Below are positions 10,781-24,035 of a stretch of 64,000 bases of DNA, piece after piece. Each line of letters opens with the position of its first letter. The stretch's first letter is position 1. The DNA lies in contig CM120646.1 of NCBI GenBank assembly GCA_051362555.1, positions 3,038,001 through 3,102,000 of the forward strand, in the 5' to 3' direction. The translations under genes and the position numbers were made by a program. Under the pieces are notes generated by a model, which saw only the letters and a program-made list of their open reading frames with translations, had not been told where the DNA came from and ran no database searches. The stretch comes from Lingula anatina (Eukaryota; Animalia; Brachiopoda).

Positions 10781-11853
10781 GGCGCTTGCTGACTCTTTTA
10801 AAAGCGTATCTGAAATTTAAAGAAATATTTCTGGCTGGCGTCTGGGGAGGCATCATGCTGTATATTAACTATTATTTGGTTGTCGCGGTCTGGTTCTTTG
10901 ATGAAGTTGGAAAATCAGTCAATTAAGGCTTAAGTGCAAATTCATTGTTGAGGCGACAGGATGTAATATAACGCCTGTCAGATGCTTTTTGTATGCGCTG
11001 GGTGGGGTTTGACAGAGCATCATTATTTCATTACGTATTCTGTCTATTCGCGGTATTCTCTTTGGCAAAACAATAACATATGTTTTATTTAATTTGTAGA
11101 CAAATCCATCTATTGAAAGGAGTAGGCTTGTAGTGTTATTAAGTTATGTCATTTGGGTTGATTGGCAGTGTTGTGATCATTTGAGGGACTTTGGTCTCTT
11201 TAATCAACAGTCAATTGTGAAGTAAATGTGCAACTTTTTCTCTAATTTACCGATATTACTTTATTTTCTGTATTTATTAACGGCCTCAAATATTATGTAG
11301 CAACAAAGCAACACGCTGCAATTTATTAATGTCTATCCTCTTATTGTCACTGTTATCTACTTTGAAGTATTGTGCATCGATCAAACAATGGTATTAACGA
11401 CGTTTGATTTTAATTGAAAAAAAGTTAAATTTAGCCGAGAAACCACCTTGCGCACAAGACGCTCAGCTGGTCCTTGATTCATGGTTCGTGCGACGGGAGC
11501 GATCCTTACTGAACAAGCTGGTACTGTGTGGATATATACATGTTGCATCGCCTTCTTTTTATCGCATACCATTTTTGTAACAGTCTGTAAACCAGCGCTG
11601 GCTTGGCACAAGAACCTTTTATGAAATGCATAAATCTGTTGTTGACTGCGTTGCTAACAATGCCAACTGAAACATTTAGTCAACAGAATCGATACTCAGA
11701 ATGGGTCTAGATGATGTATAAATGGGTATACCAAGCTCAAAAAGTACGTGGATTACGTATAAATGCGTAGAGATGCTAAGTCTACTAGATAGAGTAGATC
11801 ACAGGCAAGCTCGTCACATTTTGTTATTTTCAACCGACGCATGTTTGATATTT

Positions 11854-11854
<1 letters not shown>

Positions 11855-11897
<43 letters not shown>
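11855..11897 (+). repeat. Poly(A) tract (A43)
   Basis: 43 consecutive A; no clear TSD or retro-element body recognised. Confidence 0.95.
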
Positions 11898-11900
<3 letters not shown>

Positions 11901-13173
11901 TGTTTTAAAGTACTTGGCGTGCAGAGCTCTCTTTACTCGCATGTTGGTCAAGGTGTTTTCTTGGAATTACTAATAGGAGGTTTGTGGGGGACACAAGAGT
12001 GGGCGTATTCTAAGAAATCCAGTGTACATGAGTTTTGCGTTTCTTAGTAACCTGATGTCTTTAAAGTATTGACGGTAGCTTTATTTAGATAGTATATTGT
12101 TTAATGATGGCCACATTTTTCTTCTTTTTTGATTTTGATTGATTCGTTGTCTTATTAATAATGGTTCCTAGTGCCCACAGTGTACTGTTAAGTCAGTTTG
12201 CAAGTTGTGCGCAGACGACAGCTACAGCTATGCTGTTTTTAAAGAAAAAAAAATTCCCACGTGAAATGGCTTAGAGAAATCTGCAAAACATACGCTGTAT
12301 AAATATCAATCTCAATATCCGTGTAGAAGGCAGGATGACCCGTAGACAAACCATTTTTGTTTAGAAATGGCGTTGGTTTTATGACGTACGTGAAAGAAGA
12401 ACGCGCAGTTTCGCTGCCCGATTACATAACATGAACTTTAAAAAAAAAACGTGGACATATTTTGTTAACATGTGCTCAACACATTTCATCAGTCCATTTG
12501 CTTACGGCGCTATGTTGATTAAGAAATATAATACTGCCTTGTGAGCAGACGACCATATTAAACTTTATTGTTTTTCAACCTTCATTGCAACTTTCCCAAT
12601 CTATAAATCTTAGAAATAGAGTTATTTGGCAATAAACGTTCAGCTTGCCCTAATCCGAATCACTTTTCGGTCTATCAAGAGTCCAGACAGACATCGATAA
12701 CTAGTGTCAATAACAGAGGGACGCGTACATTTATATGAAAGACATGGGTCACAGGTTGGATCCTAAGCCTATTACGTCACTATTACGTCACGGTTGTTTT
12801 AACTCTTGATGATCCCATATCCTGTAACGGTTAATTTGGCCCAACCTTTGCTTTTTTTAATTAAGTCTATTTCTCATGAAAAATAGAACTATTTTTTCGC
12901 TACTGTGTGCACTTTTATTTTTCCACGATTTAATTTCCGGTTTGCCGTGTTCCTTTAACATGAAATCCTTGTGTAGATCACCTTCAATGAACCCGTGACA
13001 CCCAGTGACTAAAATGTGGTTTCTATTATTTTTAATATCTGCACTCGGGCCTGGGGTTTCTGTATCCTCTACCAGGACATAACTAGTATGCGGGTCAAAT
13101 ATTGCAACTCACCAAAAGTTTACCGTTTTATCTGCTAATATAGACACTGAATTGATTCCCCGTGGGGAAGTAT

Positions 13174-13233
13174 TCAAATGGGTCGGCCATATTTGACCCT
13201 CGGACTAGTAAGTCCACCGCTCTGAATGCGGTC
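13174..13233. mobile_element. Family A MITE, solitary right arm
   Basis: TCAAATGGGTCGGCCATATTTGACCCTCGGACTAGTAAGTCCACCGCTCTGAATGCGGTC matches the right arm of the 8484 and 13571 copies. Confidence 0.7.
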
Positions 13234-13570
13234 ATACACAGATTTGTCTCTGGTGTATTCTTTACAATTTTTTCTGCTGTCCAGTGAGAATTTTTGCATG
13301 GAATAAATGTCATCACTCAGTTGGTCTTTAGTATAAATATCTTTTATATTTATCTTAGCAAGCTGGTCGCAATAGTCCATCATTAAAAGTATGTGCAACA
13401 ACATGTAAATTTTTATATCCTCGGTGAATCAGCAATTAGTTCCTAAAGGAAGATTAAATGCAGTAATATGTTGAGTTAAAGAACGGCACAATCGTAATAG
13501 CCACCGATACTATATTCTTATTTGAAAGTCTCGCAAGTCCAGTTTACACTCCCGAGTTTGTATACACTCT

Positions 13571-13865
13571 GAGCGCATTTAAAACAGATGATGCGCGGAC
13601 TTACTGATCCATGGACAAAATATGGCCGACCCAACAGAAAACCAAGCCTCTTATTCCCCTGATGGTCACAACGTCTCCACAAGCGCCATTAAAGGGATTA
13701 AATCTCGCCTCTGATGTTTAATTAACAGACCCCTGCAGCTACGGCGCGTGACGGCGGGTGCGGAGGCGGGGAGACCAGGGCATTAGCGGCATCACTTTTA
13801 TGTGGGTCGGCCATATTTGATCCGCGGATCTGTTAGCCTGCGGACCATCTGATGTGAATGCGCTC
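13571..13865. mobile_element. Foldback MITE, family A, with TCT TSD
   Basis: TCT|GAGCGCATTTAAAACAGATGATGCGCGGACTTACTGATCCATGGACAAAATATGGCCGACCCA...TGGGTCGGCCATATTTGATCCGCGGATCTGTTAGCCTGCGGACCATCTGATGTGAATGCGCTC|TCT. Confidence 0.85.
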
Positions 13866-15899
13866 TCTGAGGTTGGAGAGGAATTTACTGCTTAGCGAGG
13901 TTTTATGAAACTGGACATCATCGTTTGAGTCCGTTGTCATGAACTTTCCTCGTGAACACCATAAAAGGAAAAGGTTGTTTCTTGTTTTTTCTCTAGCAAA
14001 CTTTAAACTAAAATACAGCTCGTTTTCTAAAAACCAACATGATTAGATTATTTTTCTTGTTACTGTAGTTGTAATAATAAAAAATTTTATCATTATTTTA
14101 CTGTGTAATGCGATTCAACTTTTTACACCCTCCTTTGGCAAAACCTGCCTGAAAAATAATATTGAATACTGAGTACTGTTTGTATTGTTTCATACATTTT
14201 TTTCTCCAACCATTATTATTGATTTAGTCGGCGTATCTGCTTACAAACCTATTTAAAAGCAACCCGATTCCCGATGTATCGATTTGGCACTTTTCGGGGG
14301 AAAGTTTTGCGTGTAAAGGGAGATATGATATTTTACATTTAATGAGTTTGCACCACAAGGTAACAGAATAGTTATCACATAAACCGTTTTTTTTTACTTT
14401 CAAGACATACACTGCACGTTAGAGTTTTATATACCAGGCATTGATTTTCCTGGCAAATTTCAACAATTCCCCCGCAATCAACAAGGAATATCTTATCGGA
14501 AACTGTTGCGAAAAATTACGATCTAAAACCCCGTTTTCTAGTTGTAAATTTCAATTTTTGCCAGTCTTCATCTTCATTACGAGTATACTGCTAAGTTAGA
14601 AATAAAGTTTGTTAAATTTGGGATACCTAGTACCAACAGATAATATATATTTACACCGATATTTATCCCAACTGTGAATATAAAATAACGTCCTCGTGTT
14701 GGAAAACATGATTTCGCTTAATGGAGATTGATCGAAAAAACACACTTAATCACATTTAGTACAAATACTTATATCTGATCATCTACATAATCGGCGGAAT
14801 GGGCAAATATTGTATACAATGCACAAAACACGACAGGTTGAATGTGAAATAGAAAGCTCCTTTGAACAGAGAATAAAGAGCGGTGCATCCCTTTCTTCAT
14901 GGTACCCTGAGTGTGTTGTAATCTTGTTTACAGCACGTGGCACGCGCCCGTCCTCGTGCAATAAACAAGTTGCATGTGACTGTGAGTGTATGACTGCTAG
15001 TGAGTCATGAACACAAATCACTACATCCATTCATTCTGGACTGTGTCCTGCAATACGACCAGTAAACTGGTACCTTCCGCCTATCGCATGTGGGTTCTGG
15101 CCATTGTGGCTGCTGAAGACGTGCCCCCGTGACTCATTACCATAAAACTCCGGCTTGTTTTGCGTTTTCTTTTTTTTTTTGCGACACCCTACTGAAAAGA
15201 CTTGATGGAAATCTTGATGGAAATCTGCGACAAATTATCTGTATCAAGTTTGAGATAATACACTGTCACTCTTGCGATGAACACACACCAGGAGTCCGCG
15301 AGATGTGATCAAGACAAATACCGCGAGAGGGTGGCGGTGTATTATTTGACATATATTCCCAGAGAAAGTACCTGTATTTCACCGAAAAACCCCTAAAATA
15401 CCCCTAAAACCGAATAAAGCGTGTATCGCCACAGTCACATAACATTTCAAGGTGTCGTGATATCAGCTTTCTACTTTCTGCCTATGATGCCACTATAAAC
15501 CACGAAGACGGCATGCTTCAAGAAGTGTACCGATACCCTTGGCTTTGCCCTCTACTCGTATTCGACATATACATGTATGTTTACTATGTGCCCCTGTGAG
15601 AGAGACACAGTGTGAGTAATGACTGACTGACCCCTGTACAAGCCACTAATGACCACTGACCGATAATGCAGTTGACTTAGCACACAAATAGTCAGATTAA
15701 TCGGTAGCAGGCATTGGAGCCGTGCATTAATATTGTATTCAATGCACTACAGGGTGGGATTGACTTCCAGGAAAGAAGATAAGAGAGTGGATGTCTTAAA
15801 ACTATTGAATGAGCCCAAAATACATCCCACCTTTCTTCTTTACTCGTCAGCATGTCATTTTATTAAAATGCTGGCGTTGAACAGTACTTTGGAAATAAC

Positions 15900-15998
15900 A
15901 GAAGGCGTGTTAATTTGTTAAACTGATTGCATTCAGCGAGAGTCCCCGAGGAGTAGGATCGGTCTACTTAGACCGATAGTTTCATTGGTAATCAGTAC
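15900..15998. mobile_element. Family B MITE, right arm
   Basis: GAAGGCGTGTTAATTTGTTAAACTGATTGCATTCAGCGAGAGTCCCC...TTTCATTGGTAATCAGTAC is the reverse complement of the left arm of the 7764 copy. Confidence 0.7.
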
Positions 15999-16526
15999 TG
16001 ATGTTATCATAAGTGTAGTAAAGTCCATATTTGTCCAAACGCGGGGAGGGGGGCAGGTAAATGAGGGGGAAGGTCGGCAATTGAAACGAGCCGCCCAAAT
16101 GGCGTTTTAGAAGCCTATTCTGAATCAATACATCGTTAAAAACTGTGGCTAAAAAAGCGACCTGAATAGCCGTATGGTCGGAATGCAGGACAGCTTCTTA
16201 AAAAATGGTTAGTTGAAGGGTTATATAGAGAGACTAATTTCCGTGGAAATTTCAGCGATTCCCTTTGCACTGCCGTGTATAAGTACATAGATGCGTATGA
16301 CCTGCAAGAGTTTTGAATCCAAATGAGCGATCAAAGGAAACGGACTATAGCTATGCCGTTGGGTCCAACTTTTGTAGTATAAGTGTGGTGATAATGCTCA
16401 CATCTACACTTAGTTTTCCTGCAACATTGAGGTGCATCTTATGTACACCATTGGGTTTCTTAGCATTTATTTTCGACACTCAAAAATATAGGCAGTTCAA
16501 GTGTTTAGCTAGACCACTGCATACGC

Positions 16527-16538
16527 ACGCACACACAG

Positions 16539-16572
<34 letters not shown>
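16527..16572. repeat. (CA)n microsatellite (followed by a poly-C/CA tract at ~16628-16660)
   Basis: Direct reading. Confidence 0.9.
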
Positions 16573-16575
<3 letters not shown>

Positions 16576-17799
16576 TACTTGAAGCAGTGGAGTAAGGGGC
16601 ATTTAAACTAAGCAATGAGCTGGTAACCCCCCCCCCCCCCACACACACACACATACACACAGAAAAAAAATTAACAAAAACAATCTTTGCCCTATCGTGA
16701 GCATTCCTCACTTAATATATTGCTGCAGTGGATCACGGGGTTTCATGCGTCTCTTAACCTTTTGGAAGGAGCTGCAAGTCGTTAATTACGACCTAAATGA
16801 CCAAGGTCAGTGAAACATGAAAGCATTTTTTAACAGCGATAACTAGACTCGTCTCATTTCGTTTACTTCCCCCATACATAACGGGACACCAAGCAGTTAT
16901 CTATAGTCTACAAGACCACCACCAATTTTCTCATAATGTCCCTTCTCCATGTTTCTCATCTGTTTAAACTGTAAATCACCCAAATACAAAGCCGCGACCG
17001 ACCAGTTTAAACTGGTAGGTGTCTATGTAAAATAGTAATCAACAAAATACCAAATTCTAAAGGTCCAAACATTCACTTTTGTGAATACGCATGTACGGTA
17101 TATGTAGAACAGTCTGTACAGCCGGATGTCTGATATCAAGTCCACGTTAAAAAAGTGTTCCAATTTCTTCCGGATTCTAATTATATGACCCGTGCTGGAT
17201 GTTCGATGACAGTTTTATTTCTAGCAGACTGCATAGAAACCTGGTTATCAAAGGTTAAAGTTCAAGGACTTGGGGGCCATCTCAACACCACAGAAGACCT
17301 GCACATTAAATCCAATTATTCCTAGCCTAGTTATTTTTTAAAACCATCCCAATTCAATAAAGTTGGTAATTGGGTTAATTAAAGGACCTAAGGAGTTTCT
17401 CGTCACCCAAAGGGACGGCAATTAAGACATTAATATTGTGTGTGTTAACCGGTGAGAGGTTCTGTGCGTTTCCCCAGCGTGGTTGAGTATCATTGAATCA
17501 ATACTTTAAGCTTCTTGGTTGATATGTGACAAGAGCAAGACTTGAGTAAGCAGCTAGCATTTGTTTCTCAGGTCTCGAACATCGGCGAATGCACCTGTAC
17601 AGTACGTGCAGTGTATACAGCTAGCTTATATGTTTGTCCTTATGTGTGTTTTTCATGCAGGGAAATATAATCGTCAAAAATTCATGTGACCCCCTGTGAA
17701 GTCAAGTGAAACCATCACATGTTGGTGAGGCGACAGACAAAGCATATACACGGTCTAGCGTGTGACGCTTTGCTTACCGGTGACTGCGCCGTTCTTACG

Positions 17800-18041
17800 T
17801 ATAATTCAGCTCTTTGAACTTTTATAGAAACTCCGAGCGTGATAAGCAGAGAGGCAGTAGGACTAAAATGCAGGGATGAGGCTGGCGGTTTTCGGTTAAG
17901 AAGAGAAAGAGGGACAGAAAGAGAGAGAGAGCGAGAGCTGGGCGCCAGGGACTACACATAAGTAGCTATTGAGACGCCAGCGGCTTCATCTGATAACGTT
18001 CAGCTCAAACCAGAGGGCAGCCCCAGACGAGTCCAAACCAG
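17800..18041 (+). promoter_or_regulatory. Candidate non-coding first exon of the + strand MCT gene
   Basis: Perfect donor CAG|GTAAGT at 18041/18042 ends a GC/GA-rich block. The MCT ATG exon begins with an acceptor (32833-32834), so an upstream non-coding exon must exist. Linking this exon to it is inference, and the 5' boundary is approximate. Confidence 0.45.
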
Positions 18042-19002
18042 GTAAGTCAATACGCTAACTCTTCACAAAATATCACCAGTGCACGTTTATTGAAATCCTC
18101 AAATTTTGCACTAGATTTCAGTCCTGCTGATTTCTTATTTGACACAAAAGTAAAACACGGTCTGTGTTAGAATATACTGTATGCACGTTGTAACCAAGGG
18201 CAAGAGTTATTTCATGCATAGCCCGCTTGCCGTTGTTCATGATGACTTGCTATCACGGGGCTGTCGAATTAAACCCGCATTTTAATCCACGATCATGATT
18301 TGAGTCGCTAGTCTAGTAGCTGGATGCTGCGTTATATGGCGAAAGCTCGTAACGTTATTAATAATTGTTTTATGGCATACACAAAAAATATTCAGACAGC
18401 GAATCATTATAATGGTGTTTATAGGGAAGAAGGTTTTTTTTGTAAGAGGAAAATGCAGTGACAAACCAACTTTTCAGTATGTCACGCTCATTTCTGAATT
18501 TACATACAATTCTACTAGCTTTGAAAGAGAAAGCATCAAGGTACATTTTATAATTAAAACGTACTATAGCCCTAGAACTGCTTCTGTTTGTTATGCGAAC
18601 ACATATAACATAGTGACTATATTGGTTTTATATGTCTCGTTGTTTTCAACATTCCATATTTTGCTAACGTTATGGGCCCGTGGTCTAACCTGGTTATTAT
18701 TGGGTTATGATAACTTATGAGGACACTCTTTCATTGCACTGTATCATTTACTGGGTGGAACAGTGTCATATAGGCAATTTTTTGTCACAAATGACATGAT
18801 GTGCTTACCTGTCCCTGTAAAAAGACGTCCCGCATTTTTTTCACAACAATAAGGCTATGACTTAAGGGTATGTGAGTACAAGGGTCGTATAGGGAGAGCT
18901 TTGACCTCACTCTCGCACTAACTCACAATAATGCCCGCCACTGCACCCTCTCTCTATATCTCCTTGTATCCCCGCGCTCTTTGATAGAGTACAATGCAAA
19001 TT

Positions 19003-19026
19003 TCTCTCTCTCTCTCTCTCTCTCTC
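19003..19026. repeat. (CT)n microsatellite
   Basis: Direct reading. Confidence 0.9.
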
Positions 19027-19485
19027 ATAGCGTGGCAACCGACCGTCAATTTACTGTACAATCCACATTAGTCTGATTGATCCGCAGTGTTTCATGGAAT
19101 TATTCCCCCAACAACTTTACATATGTATTATTCATGCATGCTATTATTTTCAGTTCTACTTTATAAACCTTCAAAATGTCAAAGTTTCGTTAAATGTTCC
19201 TGCACAAGCAATATGTGTATATGTGTTGATGGTCGGCACGGTTTCTCTTACTTTCTTGTTGGAGTATGTGTGGTTGTAGAGAAAAGGTATCTTTGGCTGG
19301 TAATATAGTCACGGGTTTCTGCTATTTTCTCATGTATGTGAGACTTGGTTTGTAAGAAGGTCCCCGTGGCGCAGTACGTGCGGTGGACTGAAAGTGGTTG
19401 ATGCATTGCAATGGGGATTCACGCGGTACACAATTCATTATACCGACCCTTGGTAGGTTAAGAGTGGTTTTAATCGGCTACATTG

Positions 19486-19838
19486 GTGCGCTTTCGGAAC
19501 AAGTTGATCCGCGGATCAAATATGGCCGACCCACTTGAAAGCGATGCCGCCTATTTCCCTAATGGACTCCCCGCCTCCCAGACACGCCATCCCTCCAGGG
19601 GCACAGCAATAGAATCTCGACTCCACTTTGACGCAATTCGCTCTTATGATGATATTTGCCTTGTTTTCTACGTCTCATCAAAGTGGAGCCAAGATTTAAC
19701 TGCTGTGCCCCTGTAGGGACGGCACGTGTGGGAGGTGAGGTGTCCATCTAGGGGACTGCAGCTTTGCTTTCAAGGGGGTGGGCCATATTTGGCCTGCGGA
19801 TCAGTTTGTCCACAGATCAAATTGTTCTGAATGGGCCC
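19486..19838. mobile_element. Foldback MITE, family A (longest copy)
   Basis: GTGCGCTTTCGGAACAAGTTGATCCGCGGATCAAATATGGCCGACCCACTTGAAAGC...GCTTTCAAGGGGGTGGGCCATATTTGGCCTGCGGATCAG...TTGTTCTGAATGGGCCC; inner arms AGGGGCACAGCA / TGCTGTGCCCCT also pair. Confidence 0.8.
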
Positions 19839-20839
19839 AAAGATTGAAAATCGGGCTATAGTAGGGTTGGTATGCTCGTTCAATAAGTCGTGATCAGAAA
19901 ATTAAAGTACAAATGGCCTTCATCGGACGTTGCACTATGAACTTGATGTCTTTCCATTCACCCCCGAAAAGCGGTCAGACAATGCCCGGTAGTAATTGGT
20001 TGTTATCTGCATTGTCTGCTTTCACTACAAGGGTCAAACTGTTGTCGCGTGAGTCACGATCGCCCGGGTGAAGATCGAACACGAAGGTGGAGGTGTTGAA
20101 CCGGGGGTGGGATGTCTCTGGCGATCTCCTTCGTATCTTTTAGCGCACCCTAGGTGTGGCTGTGTGTGTACTAGTAGGGGGAGCGGCGGTTGGAAAGAGG
20201 GTCTGATGCTTTTAAGAGATGTTGCATGACTCAGCGTTAAATGAACCCACTACAGTAAGGGCGTTCACAGATAGGGGTTAGGGGATTGAAATAGTCATAT
20301 ATCAAGTCAACTTTATCGAAGCGCGTAGTCCCACGTACTTTTATCTTTGCTACTTATAAAGGTCGCTTGGCAAGCACTTAGCAAAATATATAACACTTAC
20401 TGGTAAATAAACATGCCAATAAAATCAACACCCACTGTAACAAATAAATGTTTATACCAGTGCCTATGTAGAGATCACATCAGATCCTCTTCAATGAATA
20501 TTCTGTTGACAGAATGCTGAAGGCTGTCAATGAGCCTTCGTTAAAAACATTCAAGATAGTTAATACTCTATTCCTACTTTAGTGTTTCAGAGTTCTTAGA
20601 GCGCACCGTTAATTGGCATTATTTCTTCTCTTGTGGGCACGTCTGCATGCCGTATGATAACGGAAGAGCATGTCTCCTTAAGCTTAATGTAGATTTATGA
20701 CAAGCACGCACTAGTCCATTGTGGTATTTTAATGTGGACGAGTCACATGATTTTCCCATATCTTCCCTCATTTCAAGCAATTTGTACAATGTATTAGTTG
20801 ATCACTGCAGGGAGTGTTTTTGTGATGTGCGTGCGGTAT

Positions 20840-20842
<3 letters not shown>

Positions 20843-20886
<44 letters not shown>
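20843..20886. repeat. (GA)22 microsatellite
   Basis: Direct reading. Confidence 0.95.
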
Positions 20887-20888
<2 letters not shown>

Positions 20889-23732
20889 CTCTGTAACTGC
20901 GTTTTAATTTATTCTGTCTTTCATTTATTTTCCTAATTAAGAACTATACATGTGTAAACACCCGATAACAAGCTCGATAAAAAACTAACATACAGCAAGC
21001 ACTGTACATATGCTCAACCCATAGAAACAGAAAACAAATAACAGTATATTTACTTAAATTTTGACAACTTCACAGTGTCAACATATGTGTACAATGTAGT
21101 ATATTGTACAGCAATCTTACAGGAACCTGTCCCTATCACTGCCTTTCGCTATCACAGGTTCTGAATATCTCTATCGTTGACAAATGTCAAGACATAAGGC
21201 GTAGCTTGTTCGCGGGGTTTCTTGTTAGGTCAATGAAAGAGGCTGGTCTACGTGTCTCTTCACCCGATTTTATCAATAAACCAAGATGCAGCGTCCTCCC
21301 GTTTGTTTGTTGATGATGCGTAAGAAATGTAGATAAAAAGACCTGGGATCGGCACTTTGGGAGAAAATCAAACCAGCACAGGAAAAAGAGGTTCCGGATA
21401 AATTTATCCCTCCAGGATGGTACCCGAATTTCAGGATTTTTTCCACTTAAAAGTGCCTTTGTCCAAAATCGTTATGATCGAAAAGGTCATTTTACTTTAA
21501 TAAAGGGAAGCGTGTAGTTAATTGTCCGGTGAAACTAGTCGACTGTATGTCTTTCACCTGTTCAACTCTACGCACTTCTTACTTTTGTGGGATTAAAGCT
21601 ACCCTCTACCAGGGCCACAGATTGACTTTTCACAGGATATTCTCAAATATGTCTTTAGATAAATAGACGGTCATTTTACTATCTCTGACCCTGTAATGAA
21701 ATCTCTAGGTTGATCACATGGTTGGTAATTGTTTGCATAACTGCTCAGGCACTGACCCAAGCAAAGTCCCCTTGACAGTAATCAAGACAAATAATTGATC
21801 TCAATTCAAGCACTTGCTCTTTTGTGACAGATAAAAGTAACCTCTTCGGAATAGCTTGTTACTTCAGATTGAAGTTAACTGAGGCATCTGCTGTAGTAGC
21901 GCTTCCATCTGGCCAAAAGTTACAGGGTGGTTTTTTCACTTTTTCCCTATAATAACTGCCACCCTGTGAGAGGATACAGTGTATATTAAAGTCATGCTTT
22001 ATGTCCTCATACATGTATCTGTTAATGATTTTTTATTTAACTTGGGTCGAATTAGACTACACTTATATATTTCTTAAAGTCAAGAACAGTTTAGGTGGTG
22101 CCACCAAGCGGCAGCTGGCTGTAGTGCACTGGATCATCAGGTCTTGGTCGCATTAATTGAAACCGCGCCAAACGTTTGCAATGATTGAAGAAATCCAAAA
22201 TATCCCATTGGTATATTTAGAAGGGATTCTTCAATAAAGCGCCAATAATTTCATGCACTAATGTTTCACCACTGAATTGTTGCGCTTATCTTTGGGGACC
22301 ATTGGAATGTCACTGAATAATTGATATATTAAAAGGAGTAATGTGATTAACGCTAAAAGGCCATTGTAACTGAACCTTTGAAGGGAGAGCGCAATGCGTT
22401 CGATGGCACAAGGAGAATATCGTGTCATATAGGCGGTATGCCTTCCAATGATAGCGCAGATAATAGTTAGACAAAATTACATCACATTCAACCGCAGTGC
22501 CCAAAATGATTTACCTCAGCTCTAATAAAGTGTGTTTTCAATAACTATATCGATCAAACATTGTCTGCGCTCCGCTGGATCAGAATGGGTCATTACTCTA
22601 CTGCGTTTTGTCTGGCTTTGTTATAAGTAGACACTCAATCTAATGCAACTTCACTTGTCCGGGAATTCGCCTGTCCTTTGAATTGGAAGAGTGCGCATTG
22701 GCTACCTGGGCCTGGTGCCCACCTTGTATCGCACCTTGTACCAGTGCGTTGGTAGTTTCCAATGGATTGTCCTGGTTTCTGTTCTCGATGGAAATGGCTA
22801 GATCAAGGTGTATAAACAGGGAACTGGTTGTTACTGAAAAGCGTCATTGAATCTTGACTATGGTCACACCTACGGTACCTTGTTGTTAAAAAGTTCATTT
22901 GTCAGATACATAATAGTTCGATAACAATGTCGGAATAAAGCGCCCATTCCGTACTTTCTTGAAAAACAGAGTCATTCTCCTTGCACAGTTGAATATTATT
23001 GCCTGTGTTGTCTATTTTGATGATATACGCTCTTCTTCCCTATCAATATATGCCGGTATCTCAACCCCCCTTCCCCCTGAAAGGTGTTTTATTAACATTA
23101 AGTGATGGTCCTCCAATTTGATCTATACATCGAGGTGTGATAAAACTTGTGAAAGCGATCTTACACGTATGTTAATTTATCTATATGAAAGGTTGCCTCA
23201 TCTTGACTGAAAATACAATAGCCCACTTGGTAAAAGTGGCGGTGGCCCATTCCCCAAAACACCGAAAGATGCTTACTGCCAGTTTTTATTCTGATAATCA
23301 TATATGGCTATCATGCAGTCCATCGAGTTAACATGGCATGTTCATAAAAGCTGTTCTATGACAGTGTAATATTAAGTGGAATTCCATAGAATTGTAAAGA
23401 ATGTTTTTTTGAGATCATTTTATTTTTTAATCTAATACTACCTGTACAATGTATAATAAGCAACAAGGCCATGATGAAGCATTGATCATCTTGTTAATGA
23501 AATACCCACGAAAGTATTATAGACAGACCGAGTATGCGTTAGAATTGTAAGCTGAGTAAAGATGCACTGAACTGCATTAAGAGCACCGTCCATTATATCC
23601 GTCTAGATTATTAACAATGTGCGGTTAGGGCACAATTTTGGGGCATACATTTCCTTTGTACCAAGTTTATCGTCTGCGATGGTCCCCTTCAACACAACTG
23701 TCGCACCCAACGCCTCGCACCTCCTGATCTGG

Positions 23733-23848
23733 TATAAAGGGGTCATTAAGTGCACGTCGAGGACCCGACTGTCCACTGCGTCCACTGATTTGATATTATC
23801 TATAGAGCATACTCATGTACGCCCCCTGCCTTGTGCATCATTTTTCGG
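23733..23848 (+). promoter_or_regulatory. Candidate TATA promoter and short non-coding first exon (alternative 5' end of + MCT)
   Basis: TATAAAGG at 23733 followed ~110 nt later by the consensus donor GG|GTAAGT (GT at 23849-23850). Confidence 0.45.
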
Positions 23849-23875
23849 GTAAGTCTCTCAAAATACTATAAAGTC

Positions 23876-24035
23876 GGACAGTAAGACAGACAGACAGGCA
23901 GACAAACAGACAGACAGACAGACAGACTGACAAACAGAAAGACATACAGGAAAACAGGCAGGCACGCACGCAGATACAGGGGGAAACCAGACAGCCAGAT
24001 TGACAGACAGACAGACAGACAGACGGACAGACGGA
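23876..24035. repeat. Degenerate (GACA)n tetranucleotide repeat
   Basis: GACAGACAGACAGGCAGACAAACAGACA... Explains the spurious LSVC-repeat ORF 23858-24319. Confidence 0.9.

Noticed and set aside
11722-12047. Poly-Lys ORFs
   Set aside because: Produced by the A43 homopolymer; no coding features.
14930-15140. E-box/HIF-like CACGTG and AP-1 sites (TGAGTCA, TGACTCA)
   Set aside because: Short motifs at near-background frequency with no linked TSS evidence.
17001-17016. 16-bp perfect palindrome ACCAGTTTAAACTGGT
   Set aside because: About one such palindrome is expected by chance in 64 kb of AT-rich DNA; no supporting context.
23603-23785. Minus-strand ORF with TPLYQIRRCEALGATVVLKG, reminiscent of threonine dehydratase/PLP enzymes
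   Set aside because: The resemblance is only ~20 aa, with no flanking exons, splice sites or PLP-lysine motif. The opposite strand is better explained as a TATA box plus first exon. A tBLASTn/HMM search would settle it.
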